A stretch of DNA of 64,000 nt from Candidatus Entotheonellaceae bacterium (GTDB lineage Bacteria > Tectomicrobia > Entotheonellia > Entotheonellales > Entotheonellaceae). The stretch is from positions 1,600,001 to 1,664,000 of the forward strand of contig OZ250173.1 in the NCBI GenBank assembly GCA_965238075.1. Direction: 5' to 3'. The notes beneath the pieces are model-generated. The model did not search any database and was not told where the DNA came from. It saw only the letters and a list, made by a program, of their open reading frames with translations. The translations under genes were made by a program, and so were the position numbers. Below are positions 20,927 to 32,400 of this stretch, in pieces. Every line of letters begins with the position of its first letter. Position 1 is the first letter of the stretch.

Positions 20927-22170
20927 GTACCTGGCCCCTGTTGAATTGACTGGTTGGTGTGTTCTCTCCCGCAGCTGTTGGCAACGGACAAGGAGGGTTC
21001 ACCATGTCGGCAAAGAAATACCGGGTTCGCTTGCCCTCGGAGGAACAAATGGAACTGAAGGCGCTGGCATCCAAGGGACGGACGGCGGCGTACAGGCAGA
21101 GCCATGCGCGCATTCTACTGGCGTGCGACGAGGCGCAGGAAGGCGGGTCGTCGACGGACGAGGAGATCGCATCGGTGCTCAAGGTGGGGGTGTCCACGGT
21201 GACGCGGGTGCGACGACGCTGCGTGGAGGAAGGGCTGAGAGCGGCGCTGGGCCGCAAGAAGCAGGCGCGACGGCGACAGAGGCTCCTGGACGGCGAGGCG
21301 GAAGCGCATCTGGTAGCCCTCGCCTGCGGCAAACCGCCGCAGGGCCAGGCGAAGTGGACGATCAAGCTGCTGGCGCAACGCTTGGTGGAATGCGAGATCG
21401 TCGAGACCGTCGGGCTGGAGACGGTGCGGCGGGCGCTGAAAAAGCTTGTCCTCGTGTAAACGGGGAACGCTCTCAAGCCCTGGTTGGAGGCTTGTTGGTG
21501 TATCCCGCCGGAGGCGAATGCGGACTTCGTGTGCGCCTTGGAGGACGTGCTGGAAGTCTACCAACGCGACCGTGAGGGGAAGACGAGGTGCTGGTGTGCA
21601 TGGACGAGACGAGCCGACAGCAGCTTAGGGAGAGTCGCACGTCGCGTCCCGTGCAGCCGGGGCGCCGGCCATTTACGACTAGGACTGCGAGCGGTGCGGC
21701 GTGAGCAACCTGTTCATGCTGTTCGCGCCCCTGGAGGGGTGGCGGCGCGTCGAGGTGACGGAGCGACGGACGAAGGTCAACTGGGCGGAGTTCATCAAGA
21801 GCCTGGTGGACGAGGACTACCCAGACAAGCGCGTCGTGCTGGTGATGGACAACCTGAACACGCACGCCCCCGGCTCCCTGTACGAGGTGTTCGAGCCAGC
21901 CGAGGCGCGGCGGATTGCCGAGCGCCTGGAGATTCACGACACACCCAAGCACGGTAGCTGGCTAAACATGGCGGAGGTCGAGATCGGCGTCATGGTGCGG
22001 CAGTGCTTGGACCGGCACATCCCGGACCGCGACTTTCTGCGCAACGAGGTCAAAGCATGGCAGAATTGCCGAAACCGGGAAGCGGTGGCGGTGGACTGGC
22101 GTTTCACCACCGACGATGCGCGGATCAAGTTGAAGTCGTTGTGCCCGTCAATTCAAAGTGGGTAGAGTAC
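20927..22170 (+). mobile_element. IS630 family element with a degenerate transposase
   Basis: TA duplication within CTAG; TIRs GTAC..TTGAATTGAC / GTCAATTCAA..GTAC; HTH ORF 21004-21459; DDE fragments VMDNLNTH and TPKHGSWLNMAE in broken frames. Confidence 0.92.
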
Positions 22171-22242
22171 TAGGAGCTGAAGCCCGCCTGAGGGAGACGT
22201 TGCAGGCCCTTCTCGCGAGAAATCACGGTTGAGGGGCGACGA

Positions 22243-22274
22243 GCCGGCGGCGGCGATTTACCGCCGCCGGTTTT
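22243..22274. terminator. GC-rich hairpin, likely terminator
   Basis: CCGGCGGCGG-CGATTTA-CCGCCGCCGG-TTTT. Confidence 0.55.
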
Positions 22275-22344
22275 GCGTTCGTAAAGGGGGCACTCGGCAA
22301 TTTGTCGGAGGCGACCGAGAACCAAATTGGGTAACCCAACGTTA

Positions 22345-23199
22345 TCAGGTCTTCTCTTCGCCGAAGAAGGCCAGCAACTGCTCGACAACCCATTCCGGAC
22401 GCTCTTCCGGGATCCAGTGGCCGCAATCCTCGACGACGCCACCGCGGACATCTTCGGCGATGCGGCGCCATGACTCGATCGCCAACGCGCCGCGCCCACG
22501 CCCGAGCGCGCCCCCATAGCAGAGTACCGGCATTTTCAGCCGGCCTTCCGACAGGAACGCCTGGTTGTCGGTAACGTCCTGCGGCGCCGCGCGATAAAGG
22601 TTGAAACCGGCCCGCATCGCGCCCGGTTGCCGATAGGCGCGCAGATATTCGCGTTCCGCTTCGGCCGAGATGGAATTGGGGCGGCCGCCCCAATTCCGGT
22701 AGAAAAAACCGAGATAAACGGCCTCGCGACCTGCCGTCAGAGCCTCCGGAAAATCCAGTTCCCAGTGCAGGCCGTGATGCCAGCGGCTGGCAAACATCAC
22801 GGGGGTGCCGTCGCCCGGCACGGGAACGTCGAATATCGCCAGGCGCTTGACGGCGTCACGGTGCTGCGCCGCGATGGCGAACGCCGTCGGCCCGCCCCAA
22901 TCGTGGCCCACGACGAACAGTTCGTCCTCCCCGAGAACGTCATGAACCAGACGCCAGACATCCTGCGCGAGTGTCTTCTTGTCGTAGCCCCCCACGGGAC
23001 GCGAGGAGTCGCCCAGGCCACGCAAGTCCGGGGCAATGACGCGATGGCGCCCGGCAAGCCCGGGAATCACGTCGCGCCACATGTACCAGGTCTGCGGCCA
23101 GCCATGCAGCAGGACCGCCGCGGGCCCGCGGCCTGCCGTCACGTAATGGAGTCGCACATCGCCCAGGTCGGCATAAGCATGTTGAAACGTCTCGGCCAC
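22345..23199 (-). CDS. Alpha/beta hydrolase, epoxide hydrolase-like
   Basis: LLHGWP, PDLRGLGDS, GHDWGG nucleophile, CGHWIPEE. Confidence 0.9.
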   Translation of the reverse strand: MAETFQHAYADLGDVRLHYVTAGRGPAAVLLHGWPQTWYMWRDVIPGLAGRHRVIAPDLRGLGDSSRPVGGYDKKTLAQDVWRLVHDVLGEDELFVVGHDWGGPTAFAIAAQHRDAVKRLAIFDVPVPGDGTPVMFASRWHHGLHWELDFPEALTAGREAVYLGFFYRNWGGRPNSISAEAEREYLRAYRQPGAMRAGFNLYRAAPQDVTDNQAFLSEGRLKMPVLCYGGALGRGRGALAIESWRRIAEDVRGGVVEDCGHWIPEERPEWVVEQLLAFFGEEKT

Positions 23200-23250
23200 T
23201 GATCACCCTCACGGATTGAGACAAGGAGCGACAGAATCGTGTGGCATGGC

Positions 23251-24267
23251 TCAGCCATTGAGCGCGGCAGAACGCACGGGGAGCTGGGCGCGCACGTCGC
23301 CGTTCACCACCGACATCGGCCACTGGCCGCCCAACAGGCGCGCCGTCTCCTGACCCACCTGCACCTGCACCGCCACCCGAGAGTTATCCGACGTACCCGC
23401 CGAATGCGGCGTCACCGTCACGTTGTCGAAGCGCAGCAGCGGGTTGTCGCCGGGCGTCGGCTCCACCTCGAACACGTCGATGCCGGCACCGGCAATCTCA
23501 CCGTCTTCCAGCGCCTTGATCAGCGCCGCCTCGTCCACGGTCGGCCCGCGGCAGGTGTTGATGAAATACGCCGTCGGCTTCATGGCCTTGAAAAACGCCG
23601 TGCTCACCAGCTTGCGGGTCTCGTCGTTCAGCGGCGTGTGCATGGAAACGAAGTCCGAGCGCTGCGCCAACGCCTCCAGCGACGGCAGCAGCTCGACGCG
23701 GTATTCCTTGGCGATCCACGGCTGCACGTACGGGTCGTAGGCGATGACCTCCAGGCCGAACACCTTGGCCTTGCGCGCCGTTGCCCGCGCGATGTTGCCA
23801 AAGGCCACCAGACCGAGGGTCTGGCCGTCAACCGGCGCCATCGGCGTGATTTCCAGGCGCGTGCTGGCGTCCCACTGCCCCGCCTTCACCAGTCGGTCGA
23901 GATGGGTCAGCTTCTTGGCGCAAGCCAGCAACAGCATGAGGGTGTGATTGGACACCTCCTCGGTGCAAAACCCGGCGGAGTTGACCACCATGACGCCCTG
24001 CTCGGTGGCGGCGTTGTGGTCGATGTGGTTGAAGCCGTGGCCGAAGCTGACGATGGCCTGGGCGGCGTCGATTTCCTGGATGACCTCACGCGGCATCGGC
24101 ACGCCCTGGTCAATAATCACGTCGGCGCCCTTGATGGCTTCGATAGCCTCGCCGGGGCTGCTGCACACGTACGTCTCCAAGTCGTAATTCTGACCTTGCA
24201 ACTGCTGTTCGATGATCTCGGTGTTCGGCTCCGTCCGCGAAATCATGGCAATCCTTGGCCTTGGCAT
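23251..24267 (-). CDS. D-isomer-specific 2-hydroxyacid dehydrogenase (CtBP/SerA-like)
   Basis: LVAFGNIA, YDPY, INTCRG, DVFEVEP, TPHSAG. Confidence 0.9.
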   Translation of the reverse strand: MPRPRIAMISRTEPNTEIIEQQLQGQNYDLETYVCSSPGEAIEAIKGADVIIDQGVPMPREVIQEIDAAQAIVSFGHGFNHIDHNAATEQGVMVVNSAGFCTEEVSNHTLMLLLACAKKLTHLDRLVKAGQWDASTRLEITPMAPVDGQTLGLVAFGNIARATARKAKVFGLEVIAYDPYVQPWIAKEYRVELLPSLEALAQRSDFVSMHTPLNDETRKLVSTAFFKAMKPTAYFINTCRGPTVDEAALIKALEDGEIAGAGIDVFEVEPTPGDNPLLRFDNVTVTPHSAGTSDNSRVAVQVQVGQETARLLGGQWPMSVVNGDVRAQLPVRSAALNG

Positions 24268-24505
24268 AAAAGCGTCCTCCTGTGCTGGAAAAAGCAATGG
24301 TTAGTGACCGGTGATGAGACCCTGTTCTCTGACCACCAGTTTTTCGGTTTGGCGGAAGTCGGAAAAGGCCGCATTATACGGCAATTGCCCATGCCGTCAC
24401 GGGGCCGTTGTTGATCGTCCGGGGAGACGTCGGTAGAATGGCCGCGCCCACCGAGAGGGCCGGAATCGACTGGGAATCGTAACGCCAGGGAGCAACGACG
24501 CCGAT

Positions 24506-25396
24506 ATGACCGAAGACACACCGGAAGCGCAGTACCGCGAATACGCCATGGAAGCCTTCGTGGTGCGCAGCGAGCCGTATTACCGACCGGTTGCTGACGA
24601 GGTCGAATTGTTCACCGGAGCATACAACCAGCGCATCCCGGTGCTGCTAAAGGGTCCTACCGGCTGCGGCAAGACGCGGTTCGTGGAGTACATGGCGTGG
24701 AAGCTAGCTCGGCAACTGCACGTTGCACGCGACCAGGATCAGCCGCCGTCCGGCGACATGCAACTGCCCCTCGTCACCATCGCCTGCCACGAAGACCTGA
24801 CCGCCAGCGATCTCGTCGGGCGTTACCTGCTGGACGCCACCGGCACCCGCTGGATTGACGGCCCCATGACGCGCGCCGTCAAAACCGGTGCCATCCTCTA
24901 TCTCGACGAGGTGGTCGAGGCCCGCAAGGACACCACGGTTCTGATTCACCCCCTCACCGATCACCGGCGCCTCTTGCCCGTCGAAAAACGCGGCTCCGTC
25001 ATCGAAGCAGACGACCGCTTTCTGCTCTGCGTCTCCTACAACCCGCGCTATCAGAGCAGCCTCAAGGACCTCAAGCCCAGCACCCGGCAGCGCTTTATCG
25101 CCATCGAGTTCGACTACCCGCCGCCGCACATCGAGGCCGACATCATCCAGCGCGAAAGCGGCTGCAGCGCCGCCCAGGCCGAAACCCTGGCGCGGCTTGG
25201 CGTCAAGGTGCGCAACCTGCGCGAGCACGGCCTGCAGGAAGGCGCCAGCACCCGCTTGCTGATCTACGCCGCCCGCCTCATGACCGAGGGGCTATCCGCC
25301 CGCCGCGCCTGTCAGGTGTCCTTGGTGTGGAGCCTGACCGACGACGCCGAGTTGCAACAAAGCATCGCCGAAGTCGTCGGCGCCGTCGTCGAGTAG
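24506..25396 (+). CDS. CbbQ/NirQ/NorQ family AAA+ ATPase
   Basis: EPYYRP, LKGPTGCGKTRFVE, CHEDLTASDLVGR, YLDEVVEARKD, LKPSTRQRF, ASTRLLIYAA. Confidence 0.93.
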   Translation: MTEDTPEAQYREYAMEAFVVRSEPYYRPVADEVELFTGAYNQRIPVLLKGPTGCGKTRFVEYMAWKLARQLHVARDQDQPPSGDMQLPLVTIACHEDLTASDLVGRYLLDATGTRWIDGPMTRAVKTGAILYLDEVVEARKDTTVLIHPLTDHRRLLPVEKRGSVIEADDRFLLCVSYNPRYQSSLKDLKPSTRQRFIAIEFDYPPPHIEADIIQRESGCSAAQAETLARLGVKVRNLREHGLQEGASTRLLIYAARLMTEGLSARRACQVSLVWSLTDDAELQQSIAEVVGAVVE

Positions 25397-25404
25397 GGGC
25401 CGCC

Positions 25405-27303
25405 GTGCAAGTCGATCTTGAGGACGTGCAAGGCGTTCTGCGCCTCTATTGCCTTTCCCTCGCCGGCACGGACATTCAGATTGTTGACGCTGCCGACTCG
25501 CCCCGGACGCTCGGCGGCGTGACCGTCTGCCTGCCGCCCGTAACGGCGCGATACGACGACCGGCAGGACAATTTCGACTGGCTCAAGGTCATGGCGACGC
25601 ACCAGGTCGCGCACCTGGAGTTCGGCGGTATGGGCGTCGTGAAGTTTCTCGGCCGAGTTCCGCAGCCGCGCCTCGTTTACGACCTCTTCAGCATTCTCGA
25701 AGAAGGCCGTCTGGATGCTCGTATCGCGCTTGCATACCCCGGTCTGCGGCGGGCGCTGCAGCGCGCTCAGGCGGAGGCATTGGACGGTCGCAGAAGTTTT
25801 GATACAGCGTCGCCGCTCACCGCCATGCTGGAATTGCTGGTCCGCATGGGCCTTGGAGCTTTCATCGGTCTGCCCGTACCGACGGGTTGCGAAACGGTTG
25901 TCCGAGAACTCGCTGCGATTGTCCGCGCTCTGGACGACCCAAGCGCCGCGGTGCAAGACACGGCTGAGGCTGCCGTGCGGGCCTGCGACGTTCTATCCGG
26001 CCTGCTGGAAGACGGCGACGGCACCTACGACACACCCGACCCGGTCGATTACCGCGGTGCCTGCCAAGCACCCTTCTTTCGCCTTGACGCCCAAGGTGAG
26101 CAGCTCTCGGAGACGCCGACAGAGCCATCCGAACAGTCGGAAACGTCGGCGCTTACCATGTCCGTCAACGTCGAATTGGCGTCGGACACCGGACAGCGAG
26201 GCCAGCCCTTCGGCGCGTCCTCGCTGCTGCCGCAGTTCCTGCAGCAGCTTGACGGCCCGCCAGCGGCCACTCCGATGCCCGGCAACGGCGCGTCGCAGCA
26301 CGATGACAACGCCGACGAAGCGCTGCGGCCCCGAGAGCCCGGCACGTTCGTCTATCCCGAGTGGGACTACCAGGCCCGTGCCTACAAACCCCGCTGGTGC
26401 CTCGTCAAGGAACACACCCTCGACGAAGGCAACCCCGACTCCTTCAATGAAGCGCTGCGGCGGCACAGCGCCCTGCTAAGCGACGTGAAGCGCCAGTTCG
26501 AGGCCATCCTGCCGGAGGGCTTCGACAGGATCACCCGCCTCACCGACGGGGAGGACCTCGACCTCAATGCCGCCGTGGAAGCCCTCGCCGACCTGCGCAT
26601 GGGGGTGCCGCCGGACGACAAAATCTACTGGCGCCGCCACAAGGTGCGCCGCGACGTGGCCGTTCTGTTCCTCCTCGACATGAGCGCCTCGACCGCCGAA
26701 CCACTCAACATCGACGATCCAAGCCCGTCCGGACCCACGATACCCGGCCCACGGAGCGCTGCATCCCACTCCAAGCGCCGCATCATCGACCTGGAAAAGG
26801 AAAGCATCGCGCTGCTTATGCAGGCGCTCGAGGCCATCGGCGACACCTACGGCATTTACGGCTTTTCGGGCTATGGGCGGGACGGGGTGGATTTCTACGT
26901 CATCAAGGACCTGGCGGAGCGCTTCGGCGACCGCATCAAACGCCGCCTCGACCGCGTGACGCCGCGCCACGCCACCCGCATGGGGGCCGCCATCCGCCAC
27001 GCCGTCAGCAAGCTGGCCCCGCAAGCCGCCGCTACCAAAATCCTGCTGCTGCTGAGCGACGGCCGCCCCCAGGACCGCGGCTACAACCGCCAAGGCACCG
27101 AGAAAGCCTACGCCGTTCACGACACCCACATGGCGCTCATCGAGTCCCGCGCGCAGGGCATCACACCGTTCTGCCTCACCGTCGACAAAGCCGGCCACGA
27201 TTATCTGCAAGCCATGTGCGGCGATATCGGCTACGAAGTGCTGGACGACATCGCCACCCTGCCTGCCCGCCTGCCGATGCTGTACCGCGCCCTCACTACC
27301 TGA
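25405..27303 (+). CDS. CbbO/NorD family VWA-domain protein
   Basis: YPEWDY, DGEDLDL, LLDMSAST (MIDAS), TRMGAAIRHA, LSDGRPQD. Confidence 0.9.
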   Translation: MQVDLEDVQGVLRLYCLSLAGTDIQIVDAADSPRTLGGVTVCLPPVTARYDDRQDNFDWLKVMATHQVAHLEFGGMGVVKFLGRVPQPRLVYDLFSILEEGRLDARIALAYPGLRRALQRAQAEALDGRRSFDTASPLTAMLELLVRMGLGAFIGLPVPTGCETVVRELAAIVRALDDPSAAVQDTAEAAVRACDVLSGLLEDGDGTYDTPDPVDYRGACQAPFFRLDAQGEQLSETPTEPSEQSETSALTMSVNVELASDTGQRGQPFGASSLLPQFLQQLDGPPAATPMPGNGASQHDDNADEALRPREPGTFVYPEWDYQARAYKPRWCLVKEHTLDEGNPDSFNEALRRHSALLSDVKRQFEAILPEGFDRITRLTDGEDLDLNAAVEALADLRMGVPPDDKIYWRRHKVRRDVAVLFLLDMSASTAEPLNIDDPSPSGPTIPGPRSAASHSKRRIIDLEKESIALLMQALEAIGDTYGIYGFSGYGRDGVDFYVIKDLAERFGDRIKRRLDRVTPRHATRMGAAIRHAVSKLAPQAAATKILLLLSDGRPQDRGYNRQGTEKAYAVHDTHMALIESRAQGITPFCLTVDKAGHDYLQAMCGDIGYEVLDDIATLPARLPMLYRALTT

Positions 27304-27329
27304 CGGCGCGGTAGCGTCTCACTTTGAAC

Positions 27330-27425
27330 TTCCCCCTCACCCCAACCCTCTCCCAAGGGAGAGGGAACAGCAATTCCCCCAAGAAGAGAATTCCCCTCCC
27401 CCTGGGAGGGGTTAGGGGAGGGCTG
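27330..27425. repeat. CCCTCACCCCAACCCTCTCCC-type palindromic repeat pair
   Basis: Same core as the copies at 4090, 8570 and 11205. Confidence 0.75.
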
Positions 27426-27626
27426 GAAGACGCTCGCCGGCAGAAGTGCCGGGAGATTTGAAACTGGATACTACCGACGGCGCCCGCGCGTTGACTATAC
27501 GCCACCTTTACCGTACCCTTGCGCCTCCATTTTCCACGTCATCGACCCCTACGCAGGCCAGCCACAGCGAGCGAGGCGAGTCGGGCGTAACAGACTACAA
27601 GCAGCGCGAACGAAGGGAGCGATGCC

Positions 27627-29309
27627 ATGAGCGAACAGCCACTCAACCGGATCAGCGCCAACATCACCCAGCCCCGCTCGCAGGGTGCGTCGCAGGCCAT
27701 GTTGTACGCCACCGGGCTGACCGAGCAGGACATGCACAAGGCCCAGGTCGGCATCGCCAGCGTCTGGTACGAGGGCAACCCTTGCAACATGCACCTGAAC
27801 GATCTGGCCGCCACGGTCAGGGAGGGGGTCGCCAACACCGGTCTGGTGCCTATGCGCTTCAACACCATCGGCGTCTCCGACGGCATGTCCATGGGTACCC
27901 GCGGCATGTGCTTCTCGCTACAGTCGCGCGACCTCATCGCCGATTCGGTGGAAACCGTCATGGGCGGCCAGTGGTACGACGGCCTCATCACCATCCCCGG
28001 CTGCGACAAGAACATGCCCGGCGTCATGATGGCCATGGGGCGCGTCAACCGGCCTGCCCTGATGGTCTACGGCGGCACCATCCGGCCAGGCCACAGCGGC
28101 GGCAAAACCCTCGACATCGTCTCCGCCTTCCAGAGCTACGGCGAATACATCGCCAGTACCATCACCGACGACGAGCGTCAGGACATCGTGCGCCACGCCT
28201 GCCCCGGCGCCGGCGCCTGCGGCGGCATGTACACCGCCAACACCATGGCATCGGCCATCGAAGCCATGGGCATGTCGCTGCCCTACAGCTCCTCGACCCC
28301 CGCCACCGACCGCGCCAAGATCGCCGAGTGCCTGCAGGCCGGGCAGGCCGTCCGCGCCCTGCTGGAGAAGGACCTCAAGCCCCGCGACATCATGACCCGC
28401 GAGGCCTTCGAGAACGCCATGGTGATGGTCATGGTCCTCGGCGGCTCCACCAACGCCGTGCTGCACCTCATCGCCATCGCCCGCGCCGTCGACGTGCCGC
28501 TCACCATCGACGACTTTCAGGCCATGAGCGACCGCATTCCCTACCTGGCGGACCTAAAGCCGAGCGGCAAGTACGTCATGGAAGACCTGCACACCATCGG
28601 CGGCACCCCGGCGGTGATGAAGTACCTGCTGGACCAAAAACTGCTGAACGGCGATTGCATGACAGTAACCGGCAAGACGATCGCCGAGAACCTGCGCGAC
28701 CTGCCCGGCCTGAAGGAGGGGCAACCGATCATCCAGCCGCTGGAATCGCCCATCAAGGAAACCAGCCACCTGCGCATCCTCAAGGGCAATCTGGCGCCCG
28801 GCGGCGCGGTGGCCAAGATCACCGGCAAGGAGGGCCTGGTGTTCAGCGGCCCGGCCAAGTGTTTCGACGCCGAGGAGGACATGCTGCACGCCCTCGAGCG
28901 GCACGAGATCAATAAGGGCGACGTGGTGGTGATCCGCTACGAGGGTCCCAAGGGCGGGCCGGGCATGCCGGAAATGTTGACGCCCACCTCGGCGCTCATG
29001 GGCGCCGGGCTCGGCGGCGACGTGGCTCTGCTGACCGACGGACGTTTCTCCGGCGGCTCGCACGGCTTCATCATCGGCCATATCGTGCCGGAGGCGCAGG
29101 AGGGCGGCCCGATCTGTTTGATCCAGAACGGCGACCTGGTCACCATCGACGCCAAGCAGAACCGCCTCGAGGTGTCGCTCAGCGATGACGAACTGGCGGA
29201 ACGGCGGGCGCAGTGGACGATGCCGCCGTACAAGGCGACGCGCGGCACGCTGTACAAATACATCAAGACCGTCAAGAACGCCTCGGAGGGGTGTGTGACG
29301 GACGAGTAG
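27627..29309 (+). CDS. ilvD: Dihydroxy-acid dehydratase
   Basis: [39 protein letters not shown]. Confidence 0.96.
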   Translation: MSEQPLNRISANITQPRSQGASQAMLYATGLTEQDMHKAQVGIASVWYEGNPCNMHLNDLAATVREGVANTGLVPMRFNTIGVSDGMSMGTRGMCFSLQSRDLIADSVETVMGGQWYDGLITIPGCDKNMPGVMMAMGRVNRPALMVYGGTIRPGHSGGKTLDIVSAFQSYGEYIASTITDDERQDIVRHACPGAGACGGMYTANTMASAIEAMGMSLPYSSSTPATDRAKIAECLQAGQAVRALLEKDLKPRDIMTREAFENAMVMVMVLGGSTNAVLHLIAIARAVDVPLTIDDFQAMSDRIPYLADLKPSGKYVMEDLHTIGGTPAVMKYLLDQKLLNGDCMTVTGKTIAENLRDLPGLKEGQPIIQPLESPIKETSHLRILKGNLAPGGAVAKITGKEGLVFSGPAKCFDAEEDMLHALERHEINKGDVVVIRYEGPKGGPGMPEMLTPTSALMGAGLGGDVALLTDGRFSGGSHGFIIGHIVPEAQEGGPICLIQNGDLVTIDAKQNRLEVSLSDDELAERRAQWTMPPYKATRGTLYKYIKTVKNASEGCVTDE

Positions 29310-29425
29310 CAGCGTGTTAGCCCCGAAAATGCACGGGCGAGCGAGGGAATGTCCACCATGCTATTAACTACTTGAGACAATTCACGCTGACGTTCGAGGA
29401 GCGGGCCCACGACAATGGGTAGCGT

Positions 29426-32400
29426 ATGAATCTTCTCGCCGAACTCCGCGCCGATGCCTATCACCGAAACTACTTCCAGCCCTGTTCGTCGGCTCGGCGC
29501 TCGGGGGCGTGCTTGTTTTTGAAGCGATCTCGATCTCTGCTCTGATCTTCTCCGGTCCGATGGCGCCGCTCGCCATTCGTGGCGTCGGGCTGCCGCTGTT
29601 CGCCGCCTTCGTTTTGTGTTTGACCATCACCCTGACCAGCGCCTACCGAGGAGCCATCTCCACCCCGCAGAGCCCGCCGTTTGCGGTGATTACCGGTATC
29701 GCGGCGGTCGCCGCAGCCAGCATGGCCGGCGTCGCCAGCGAGACAATGTTCGCCACCATTGCCGTCATCCTGATCCTGGCAACGGGGGTTGCGGGCGCAT
29801 GCGTTCTGCTGATCGGTCAGATCCGTATCGCCAACGTTTTCCGTTTCATCCCTTACCCCGTGGTGGGCGGCTATCTTGCCGGCGCCGGTTGGACCCTGGT
29901 TGTGGCGTCCTTCTCGATCATGAGCGGGGTCGCACCGACCTGGGAGACTCTGCCCCGGTTCATTGAGCCTACGATGCTTTGGAAATGATTACCCGGTGTC
30001 GTCTTCGCCGTCTTGCTGCGCCTTGCCCTGGTGCGATGGAAGAACCACTTCCTGGTCATGCCGGTGTCGATAGTCGTCGCGGCCGCGCTCTATCACGCGG
30101 GCTTGATGCTGCTCGGTATCTCCGGCGAGGACGCCCGGGCGTCGGGACTTCTGTTCGAGAGCATCGGAGAACACGGTTTGTGGCCCGCCTTCCACACCGG
30201 AGACCTGGTCCATGTGGATTGGCGCGTCGTTCTTCATCAAATGCCGAGTATTCTTGCCGTCATCCCGGCCCTACTGATTTCGCTGACCATGGGCCTCAAG
30301 GGCCTCCATGTAGGGAGCGGTGTCGATCTCGATCTGAACCGGGAATTCCGAGTGGCCGGGCTGGCCAATATGATTGCCGCTCTTGGCGGTGGCGGTCCGC
30401 CTGGCAACCATTCGGTCTCCCTTTCCCTGCCCGTCCGCATGTTCGGAGCCTGCAGCCGGCTGACGGGAATGGCCGCCGCTCTTCCGGTGGGCGCGGTCCT
30501 GTTCGGGGGCGAAGCGGTGCTGGAATGGTTCCCCGTTTCGCTGATGGGCGGCCTGTTCTTCGTGATCGGGTTCCAACTGTTGCACAGCTGGCTGATCGGA
30601 GGCCGCCTGAAACGGCTCTCCGCGGACTATGGGGTCGTTGTCCTGGTTTTCTTGACCATTGCCATTTTCGGATTCCTCCACGGCGTGGCGGTCGGTCTAC
30701 TCGTCGCGGCGTTCATCCTCGCCATCAACCTCGGTCAGGTAGATGTGATCGAGGCCGTGTATACGGCGCGCGCGCCGCAGCAACAGGATGCGCCCGGTGT
30801 CTCATCAAGCCATCCTGTTGAACCATGCCGACCGAACTCGGGTTTACCAGTTGCAGGGCTACGTATTCTTCGGAAGTGCGCAAGCGCTTGTCGACCGCCT
30901 CAAGGAGCCGCTATTGGAGGAGTCGCCGCCGTTGTGCATGTTGTTGGACTTCACGAGTGTCACCGGTTTCGACATCTCCGCCTTGGACGCGCTCGTCGGT
31001 TTCGTCAGCGATGCGGGTTCTATCGGCACGCGGGTCGTTATCGTTGCCCCGGCCGAGCTCCCGCACACCGAGCTGCGCCGCGAATTCTCCGGCGACGAGC
31101 GGGGAAATGTGATCTGGGAACAGGATCTCGATCATGGGCTGGAACGGTGCGAGGAGATCGTGCTGGCTAAGAATTCGAATGTGACCGACGTCGGCTCGGA
31201 AGGCCATAGGGCGCGAATAATCGACGATACGCTGCGCTATCTGGACAAGCTGGTTTTCTTCGAGGAATTGATAGAGCGGCTCCGGCCCTGGCTCGAAGTG
31301 CGCGAGTATGCCGCCGGAGAAACGGTTGTTGCCGCGGGCGAGAAACACGACGGCATGTTTCTGATCGTGGAAGGCCAGGTCTCCGCATTCGCCGAAAACG
31401 GGTCTAAAGTGCGTTCACTTTGATACCAAGAATTTCTCGAACTCCAGGTCGAGTTCGAATCTTGGCCACAACCGCGAGACCAACCGTTGCGGATCGGCAT
31501 TGATACGATCGATGAAGGCTTTGCAGGCATCAAAGAGATGGCGCATGGAGGCATGACAGAAATTGCGCGTCACCTCTTCGCGCATCCACTTCCAGAGACC
31601 TTCAATCGGATTCAGGTCTGGGCTATAGCTTGGCAGAGCGACCAACGTGAAGCCCAATTCCGAAGCCGCCGCTTGCACACGCTTGGCCTTGTGCCACGGG
31701 GCGCCGTCCCAGATGAGTACGACCTCACCAGGCTCATCACCCATCCAAGCGGCAACGTGGTGTAAGAATTCGATCGTATGGGCTTGGTTACAGGAGCCCT
31801 CGTTCCAGATGAAACACTGGCCGCAGGAGAAATCGTAGGCGCCATACCAGTTGATGCGTTCAGCCAAAGAGGCACAGCCGCTCAGACGCCAAGCGGGTTT
31901 GCCCTCGGGCGCCCAGGTGTAGCCCAGGTCCATATCGCGGTGCAGATGGGCTTCATCGATATAGAGCAAGCGGATATCCCGGCGACAAAGCCGCGCCAAC
32001 AATTCCTGGAATTGTTGGACAAAGGCGGCACGACGTTGCGGGTCGGCCTTCTTGAGCACTTTTTGGCATTTCTTCCAACTCAGTCTTTGAGCCCGCAGGA
32101 CTCGGTGCAAGGTCGTGCGGCTGCATGCGTAGCCGATGACCTGTTCAAGCCAACGTCGCAACTTTTTCAAGGTCCAGGCATGGCCTGGCAGGCCATGGTC
32201 GAGCGGGTCGGTCTCGACGACCGTGCGGACGAGTTGATCGAGTTGCTCTTGGCCAAAAGGGGGTGGCGGCCTCCGGTGTGACGATAGATGACGCCCGCGA
32301 GGCCGGCCAAATTGTAACGATGCACCCAACTCAGGACGGTCTCCTTGGTATGTCCGATGTGGGCTGCCCAGGTAGTCGCATTGGTTTGCTGAGAGGCGAT

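Noticed and set aside
29986-29988. TGA readthrough or recoding in the SulP gene
   Set aside because: The gene has other frameshifts and an IS insertion, and TGA is used as a normal stop elsewhere
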